From an uncultured Prolixibacteraceae bacterium (GTDB lineage Bacteria; Bacteroidota; Bacteroidia; Bacteroidales; Prolixibacteraceae), in the NCBI GenBank assembly GCA_947085485.1, contig CAMTWS010000005.1:5967-69966 (forward strand): DNA of 64,000 nucleotides, given 5' to 3'. Below, one piece after another: positions 59,018 through 64,000 of this stretch. The translations under genes and the position numbers were made by a program. Under the pieces are notes generated by a model. That model made no database searches. It worked only from the letters and a program-made list of their open reading frames with translations, and was not told where the DNA came from. Numbering within the stretch: the stretch's first letter is position 1; each line of letters begins with the position of its first letter.

Positions 59018-59296
59018 CTATTTGTCTTTGTAATGTCCTCTAACATAAAGAATGATTATTGTTAACTGATCTTCTGCTATCCGGTAAACCAGCCTATGTT
59101 TATTATTTATTCTTCGTGACCAACAACCCGAAAAGTTATGCTTAAGTTCTTCGGGTTGTCCTGTTCCTGTCCGGGGATGTTCGGTTAGTTCCTTCAGCAG
59201 GATTGCCAGTTTTTTCAATGTACCTTTATCCCCTGCATTTTTGAAGTATTCAATATCTTCTATAGCATCTTCAGTTAATTTCAATATAAAATTCAT
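59018..59296 (-). CDS. yoeB: Txe/YoeB family toxin
   Basis: HPRTGTGQPEELK...WSRRINNKHRLVY...GHY. Confidence 0.92.
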   Translation of the reverse strand: MNFILKLTEDAIEDIEYFKNAGDKGTLKKLAILLKELTEHPRTGTGQPEELKHNFSGCWSRRINNKHRLVYRIAEDQLTIIILYVRGHYKDK

Positions 59297-59544
59297 AAAC
59301 CGAGGAAGCTGTTAATATCCTCTTTTTTCAATGTGGTAATCTCTCCCTGCTCAGCCTGAGCAAGCGAGTGAGTAAGTCGGGCCTTTACTTCCGGATCTGC
59401 AAAATAACGATCTGTTTCTGTTACTGGGGTCAAAATATATGCTTTATTCTTCCCCCGCTGTACAATAACCTGTTCTTGCTTATCGATGAGATCAAAATAC
59501 ATTTTCTGTTTTTCCCGGAACTCCCGGCTACTGATTACTAACAT
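59293..59544 (-). CDS. Phd/YefM-like antitoxin
   Basis: MLVISSREFR...YFDL...VIVQRGKNKAY; ATGA overlap with the toxin. Confidence 0.85.
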   Translation of the reverse strand: MLVISSREFREKQKMYFDLIDKQEQVIVQRGKNKAYILTPVTETDRYFADPEVKARLTHSLAQAEQGEITTLKKEDINSFLGL

Positions 59545-59561
59545 GTTTTTTCAATTTATGT

Positions 59562-59585
59562 GTACCAAATTGGCACGCAAATTTA
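59562..59585 (-). promoter_or_regulatory. TA operon promoter (-7 TAAATTTG) with an adjacent palindromic operator
   Basis: TAAATTTG at 59585-59578; imperfect palindrome gtaccaa-a-ttggcac at 59562-59576. Confidence 0.6.
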
Positions 59586-59675
59586 ATTATAAAAACTAAC
59601 TTTTCTTTAAAGTTAAAACTTATTTTTAAAACAAAATATATTTTGGATATCTTGCACGCTCAAAATTACCTAACC

Positions 59676-62615
59676 ATGAAAAACTACCGGTTCAATCCTG
59701 TTTTTTCCCTTTCGTTTTTGTTTTTTTCATTAACAACTGTATCGCAAAATCTCATTCAAAATCCTGGGTTCGAGAGCAATCTTGCCAGTTGGAGTTACTG
59801 GTCGAACGAAGAAACCGGGGCCGCTTCGGTTGTGAAAAGTCCGGTCAATTCGGGAAGTAATGCAGCCCGAATTTTATATCCCGGCGCTAAAGACTGGTCG
59901 TTTTCAACCTCGACCCGAATTCCGGTAAATGCAGGTGAACTTTACGAATTGTCGTGCTGGGCAAAACCTTCGGTAGTTAATTCCGAAGCAAATATGTCGG
60001 TGGTTTTGTACGATGCCAAACAAACGGTGGTTAACTGGGTTTACAACCGTTTACAGCTTGATAAAAACTTAGCCGGATACAAATATTTTGTAACCAGTTT
60101 TATTGTTCCCGAAGGGGTAAAATATATTCAACCCAGGTTTGAAGGCTGGAGCAACTGCGACATTAATGTTGACGATGTTTCTTTGATTAAGATAGTTAAT
60201 ACAGGGATATCAGGTGATTACGTTCTTGAAAACGATTCGGTAAAAGCAACTGTTCATTTACCTGATTTGTCGGTTGATTTTACAAATAAGTTAAGTTTAA
60301 AAACTTACAAAACCGGAATGGCCCGGTTTGCAATGGTAAATTCGGTCGATCGGTTAACCCAGGGTTCGGTACGGATGAATGCTGAAATGCTTACCGGCCA
60401 AAAATCGCCGGTTACCATTGTGCTTACCCTTGAAGGGAAAGCAATTAAAATCGAAATATCGGGAGATGCAGCGATGAAGTTAAATTCTGACATCAGGTTT
60501 CCCGGCGTTATTCCTTCGAAACCCGACGATTATCTGATTATTCCGCGTGCAACCGGTATTATGCTGCCCGTTGGCAGTTCGAATCCTTTTGGCGATTTCA
60601 ATACTTACTCCTGGAAATCGACAATGCCTTTTGTGGGAGTTACCAACCTGAAAGATGGTTATATGATTGTAACCAACGACCAGTGGGATGCCTCGTTTCA
60701 GTTCGAAAAGCCTGTGGGGCAGAGTTATTTCAGTTTCCAGTTCAATCAGAAACCGGCAAAAAACAGTTTGTCGTACAACCGGACTTCGTACCTTGTTTTA
60801 GTTGATAACGGGTACATCGAAATGTGCAACTGGTACCGCAATCATGCCGAAAAACTTGGTTACGTAAAAACCTTTAACCAAAAACTGGTTGAAAATCCAA
60901 ACATCGGTAAGTTAATGGGGGCAGTCGATTTTTGGCCGCTTTGGCTGAATATAAATCCCTCGTTTTTAAAAACTGTAAAACTGATGGGAATGGACAGGGC
61001 TATCTGGAATTTAACCGGAGGATGGGGGTTTCGTGATTTTTCGGTCTTGATTGATTCAATTAATTCGTTGGGATTTTTATCGGGACGGTATGATATTTTT
61101 ACCGATGTATGGCCGCCTGATCATCCCGAGTGGCCATCGTTCCGCACCGAAGGCTATCCCGAAGATGTGATTACTGAAGCAAACGGAAGCCTGAAAAAAG
61201 GCTGGCTGGCTTATCCAAACAATCAACCGTTTCAGGGATATTACACCTGCGCCGGAACACATTTGGCTTACGCCAAAAAGCATGTTCCGGTAGATTTGAA
61301 AACCAACCGTTACAACACCCGTTTTATCGATGTTGAACTTGCCGCGTCGCTCGAAGAGTGCTTTTCAACTGTACATCCGGTAACCCGAAAAGAAGATGCT
61401 GCAGCCAGAAACGAAGTTCTCGGTTACATAAAAAACGACCTCGATTTGGTTACCGGCGTTGAGGAAGTGCATGATTTTGCCGTTGCAAATGTTGATTACA
61501 GCGAAGGGACCATGACGATTGTTCCGGCTGCCAACGCAGGTTACGATTGGCCAAAACCACTTGAACCTACCGATAAAACCTACGAATTGCAGAATATCAG
61601 CCCGGCAATGCGAATTCCGCTTCACGGATTGGTGTATCACGATGTTCATATTCCCACCTGGTACACCGGCGACGGGGCGTCGAAAGTGCCGGCATTTTGG
61701 GACGATAAGGATTTATGGAATATATTATACGGCACAATGCCGCTGTTTATGCCGCCATCGCTGCAATACTGGAATACCAACCTCGAAAAATTTATCTCGG
61801 GATATAACCTCATGACAACTGTTACAAGAAATGTTGGTTATGCAAAAATGGTTGATCATCAGTTTCTGACTTCAGATAAAAAGGTACAGCAGACCAGGTT
61901 TGAAAATGGTTGGGATGTAACCGTAAATTTCGATTCGATACCGCATGACTTGCAAAACAGGAGGCTTGCAGCAAAAGGGTTCTATGCTGCCGATGGCTCC
62001 GGATCCGAATCGTTCAGGCTGGTTGTAAACGGCAAAACCCTTGGCGGATCATTTTCTGATAACCGGTTGTTTTTTAACCCGTTTGGTACTGAATCAAACT
62101 GGAAAGGGTTACGAACCACACAATCGGTTTTTCTCGAGAAATTCACTGATTTTTTACTGGTTTCATTCGTCGGCAAACAAAACTATCTTGATATTCATTT
62201 GAAAGATTTGCCTTTTAACATTAAGGAAATAACAGCGGTCAACGAATATTTTACCGGAGTTAAATTGGTTCCTGTTGCTTTAACCGATGGTTGGATACGT
62301 TTAAACCGGCCGGTTGGCAAATCATTTTTCAAGCTGTATTACAAATCGGAGACAACCGGTGCAAATATAAAACCAGGGAATCCTGATATGAAACTATTCC
62401 CAAACCCGGCACAAAATAAACTGATTATTGAAAAGCCATACCAAATGGCAAATGAATATTTTTCCATTATTAATGTGGTTGGGCAAGAGCTGATGAAACA
62501 TCAATTTACGGGAATGAAAACAGAAATCGATATTAGTTCGCTGAAGTCGGGATTATATTTTCTGAATCTCCGGCAGGATGGGAAAATGGAGGTCAGAAAG
62601 TTTGTAAAAATGTAA
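59676..62615 (+). CDS. Secreted glycoside hydrolase-like protein: CBM4/9-like domain + GH129/GH101-like (DUF5696-like) catalytic region + T9SS CTD
   Basis: Signal peptide, NLIQNPGFE CBM start; RFIDV...EEC...HP, GVE..HD, RIPLHGLVYHD; CTD LFPNPA...GLYFLNL...RKFVK. Confidence 0.72.
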   Translation: MKNYRFNPVFSLSFLFFSLTTVSQNLIQNPGFESNLASWSYWSNEETGAASVVKSPVNSGSNAARILYPGAKDWSFSTSTRIPVNAGELYELSCWAKPSVVNSEANMSVVLYDAKQTVVNWVYNRLQLDKNLAGYKYFVTSFIVPEGVKYIQPRFEGWSNCDINVDDVSLIKIVNTGISGDYVLENDSVKATVHLPDLSVDFTNKLSLKTYKTGMARFAMVNSVDRLTQGSVRMNAEMLTGQKSPVTIVLTLEGKAIKIEISGDAAMKLNSDIRFPGVIPSKPDDYLIIPRATGIMLPVGSSNPFGDFNTYSWKSTMPFVGVTNLKDGYMIVTNDQWDASFQFEKPVGQSYFSFQFNQKPAKNSLSYNRTSYLVLVDNGYIEMCNWYRNHAEKLGYVKTFNQKLVENPNIGKLMGAVDFWPLWLNINPSFLKTVKLMGMDRAIWNLTGGWGFRDFSVLIDSINSLGFLSGRYDIFTDVWPPDHPEWPSFRTEGYPEDVITEANGSLKKGWLAYPNNQPFQGYYTCAGTHLAYAKKHVPVDLKTNRYNTRFIDVELAASLEECFSTVHPVTRKEDAAARNEVLGYIKNDLDLVTGVEEVHDFAVANVDYSEGTMTIVPAANAGYDWPKPLEPTDKTYELQNISPAMRIPLHGLVYHDVHIPTWYTGDGASKVPAFWDDKDLWNILYGTMPLFMPPSLQYWNTNLEKFISGYNLMTTVTRNVGYAKMVDHQFLTSDKKVQQTRFENGWDVTVNFDSIPHDLQNRRLAAKGFYAADGSGSESFRLVVNGKTLGGSFSDNRLFFNPFGTESNWKGLRTTQSVFLEKFTDFLLVSFVGKQNYLDIHLKDLPFNIKEITAVNEYFTGVKLVPVALTDGWIRLNRPVGKSFFKLYYKSETTGANIKPGNPDMKLFPNPAQNKLIIEKPYQMANEYFSIINVVGQELMKHQFTGMKTEIDISSLKSGLYFLNLRQDGKMEVRKFVKM

Positions 62616-62627
62616 GCGCCTGATTGT

Positions 62628-63413
62628 TTAAACTATAATCACTTTAACCCCGGCATCCTCAAGCCTCTTTTTATCATCATCAGCGATGCCGGAATCTGTA
62701 ATAACGGTATCTATCCGATCGAGTTTACAGATAAAAGCGAGGCTTTTGCGAAGAAATTTTGAAGAATCGGCCACAACAATTACTTCCCGTGCAATATCAA
62801 TCATTATCTGGTTCAGGTATGCTTCTTCAATATTTGGGGTAGAAATGCCATGCATGGTATCGAAACCATCAACCCCAAGAAAAACTTTATCTACGTAAAA
62901 ATTCCTGAAACTTTTCTCTGCCAATGGACCGATCAGCGAAAGGGAATTTTTGCGCAATACCCCGCCGGGAATGACTAAACTCACATTTGGCATAGATACA
63001 AGCTGACTGGCTATGTTAAGCGCATTTGTAATTATAGTGACATTATTCAACGAAGGGTCAATGTTTTTTGCAATTTCGAGAGTGGTTGTCCCTGAATCAA
63101 TTATTAAAGTATCTGAATCCTTAATGTGTTTTGCGGCAGCTTTGCCAATCCTGACTTTTTCGGCCATGTTAAGTTTATGCTTTTCGCCTAACTGCAAATC
63201 ATGGCCCACAACCTGGGTAACACCCATGGCGCCGCCTCTGGCGCGTATAAGGAGTTGTTTGCTTTCAAGCTGTTTCAGGTCGTTACGGATTGTAACCTCG
63301 CTAACGCCGAACTCTTTACTAAGTTCGTCAACAAAAACATGATCGCTAATTGAGAACTTTTTGAGGATTCTCATTCTACGATCAACGGTACTATGTTCCT
63401 TAATTATAGCCAT
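62628..63413 (-). CDS. agaR: DeoR/GlpR family repressor, AgaR-like
   Basis: VSEVTIRNDL..LE, RARGGA, DSGTTT, TNALNIA, DSSKF; divergent from agaS. Confidence 0.82.
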   Translation of the reverse strand: MAIIKEHSTVDRRMRILKKFSISDHVFVDELSKEFGVSEVTIRNDLKQLESKQLLIRARGGAMGVTQVVGHDLQLGEKHKLNMAEKVRIGKAAAKHIKDSDTLIIDSGTTTLEIAKNIDPSLNNVTIITNALNIASQLVSMPNVSLVIPGGVLRKNSLSLIGPLAEKSFRNFYVDKVFLGVDGFDTMHGISTPNIEEAYLNQIMIDIAREVIVVADSSKFLRKSLAFICKLDRIDTVITDSGIADDDKKRLEDAGVKVIIV

Positions 63414-63520
63414 AAGCAATTATTGACAAAAATAATGATTAAAGGTTTCGAAACGATCATAATCAAAATAAAAAGTAAAAATAATTTTATTTTCTTTTTC
63501 GAAATGAAATATAATTATTT

Positions 63521-63547
63521 TATATTTGCTTCGAAAGTAAATGAAAG
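63521..63547 (+). promoter_or_regulatory. agaS promoter (-7 TATATTTG) and candidate AgaR operator
   Basis: TATATTTG at 63521-63528, then GAAAG-N5-GAAAG at 63533-63547 (reverse of CTTTC-N5-CTTTC). Confidence 0.65.
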
Positions 63548-63567
63548 TTAATATTTAAAAAATACTA

Positions 63568-64000
63568 ATGGGTGCTTTAAGATTCACAGAAAAAATGCCT
63601 GCGAAATGTGGGGTATATACAGAGTCGGAAATCTGGGGGCAACCCGGTTTGTGGCATAAGGTTTATGAAAATGTTGTTAATGAAAGGCAGGCGATAGCGT
63701 CGTTTCTTGAGGTTGCAACATCAAACAATAACTTGAATATTATACTTACAGGGGCTGGTTCAAGCGCATTCATAGGGTTGTCGCTGGCAGGGACTTACAA
63801 ACGCCGCCTAAAAAAACATACATCTGCTGTTTCAACCACCGATTTGGTTACACATCCCCCCGACTTCATAAGTTCAGATGTCCCGGTGTTGCTTATTTCA
63901 TTTGCACGTTCAGGCAACAGCCCTGAAAGTGTTGCAGCCGCCCAACTCGCAGATCAGGTATGTCCGAAAGTTTATCACCTTATAATAACCTGCGATTCCT
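63568..64000 (+). CDS. agaS: SIS-domain galactosamine-6-phosphate deaminase/isomerase (AgaS), partial at window end
   Basis: Manual translation (absent from the ORF track): YTESEIWGQP...IILTGAGSSAFIG...TTDLVTHP...LISFARSGNSPESVAA...HLIITC. Confidence 0.88.
   Translation, partial: MGALRFTEKMPAKCGVYTESEIWGQPGLWHKVYENVVNERQAIASFLEVATSNNNLNIILTGAGSSAFIGLSLAGTYKRRLKKHTSAVSTTDLVTHPPDFISSDVPVLLISFARSGNSPESVAAAQLADQVCPKVYHLIITCDS

Overview
Chromosomal window from a Bacteroidota bacterium, supported by a SusC/SusD pair, T9SS C-terminal domains, gldA, long-form ispG and TAnnTTTG -7 promoters. A Prolixibacteraceae/Marinilabiliales affiliation is my impression only. The left ~35 kb is accessory metabolism: a two-subunit pyruvate carboxylase (pycB-pycA) resembling methanogen enzymes, a Tat-exported enolase-family enzyme, a Mo-hydroxylase cluster (xdhC, mocA, 2Fe-2S, Tat-lipoprotein large subunit), a GH144/GH43/GH3 polysaccharide utilisation locus, a signal-peptide SAM methyltransferase co-transcribed with an APC permease, and GH95 plus sugar dehydrogenases. 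The middle is mostly housekeeping (ald, tsaE, gcvH, dcp, ispG, gldA, SAM-II riboswitch-metK, dnaG, cobB, ubiX) with an MNT-HEPN pair. The right end holds a damaged YeeE/YedE-rhodanese sulfur module, a YefM-like/YoeB TA pair, a T9SS-secreted GH129/GH101-like enzyme and divergent agaR/agaS. At least eight damaged genes are present, several collapsed by internal deletions, and several families of short 7-9 bp tandem repeats and REP-like hairpins sit at gene junctions. I saw no rRNA, tRNA, CRISPR array, integrase or transposase. No single clearly novel system is proven; the best leads are the exported methyltransferase + permease operon and the YeeE + GGCG-tailed rhodanese module.
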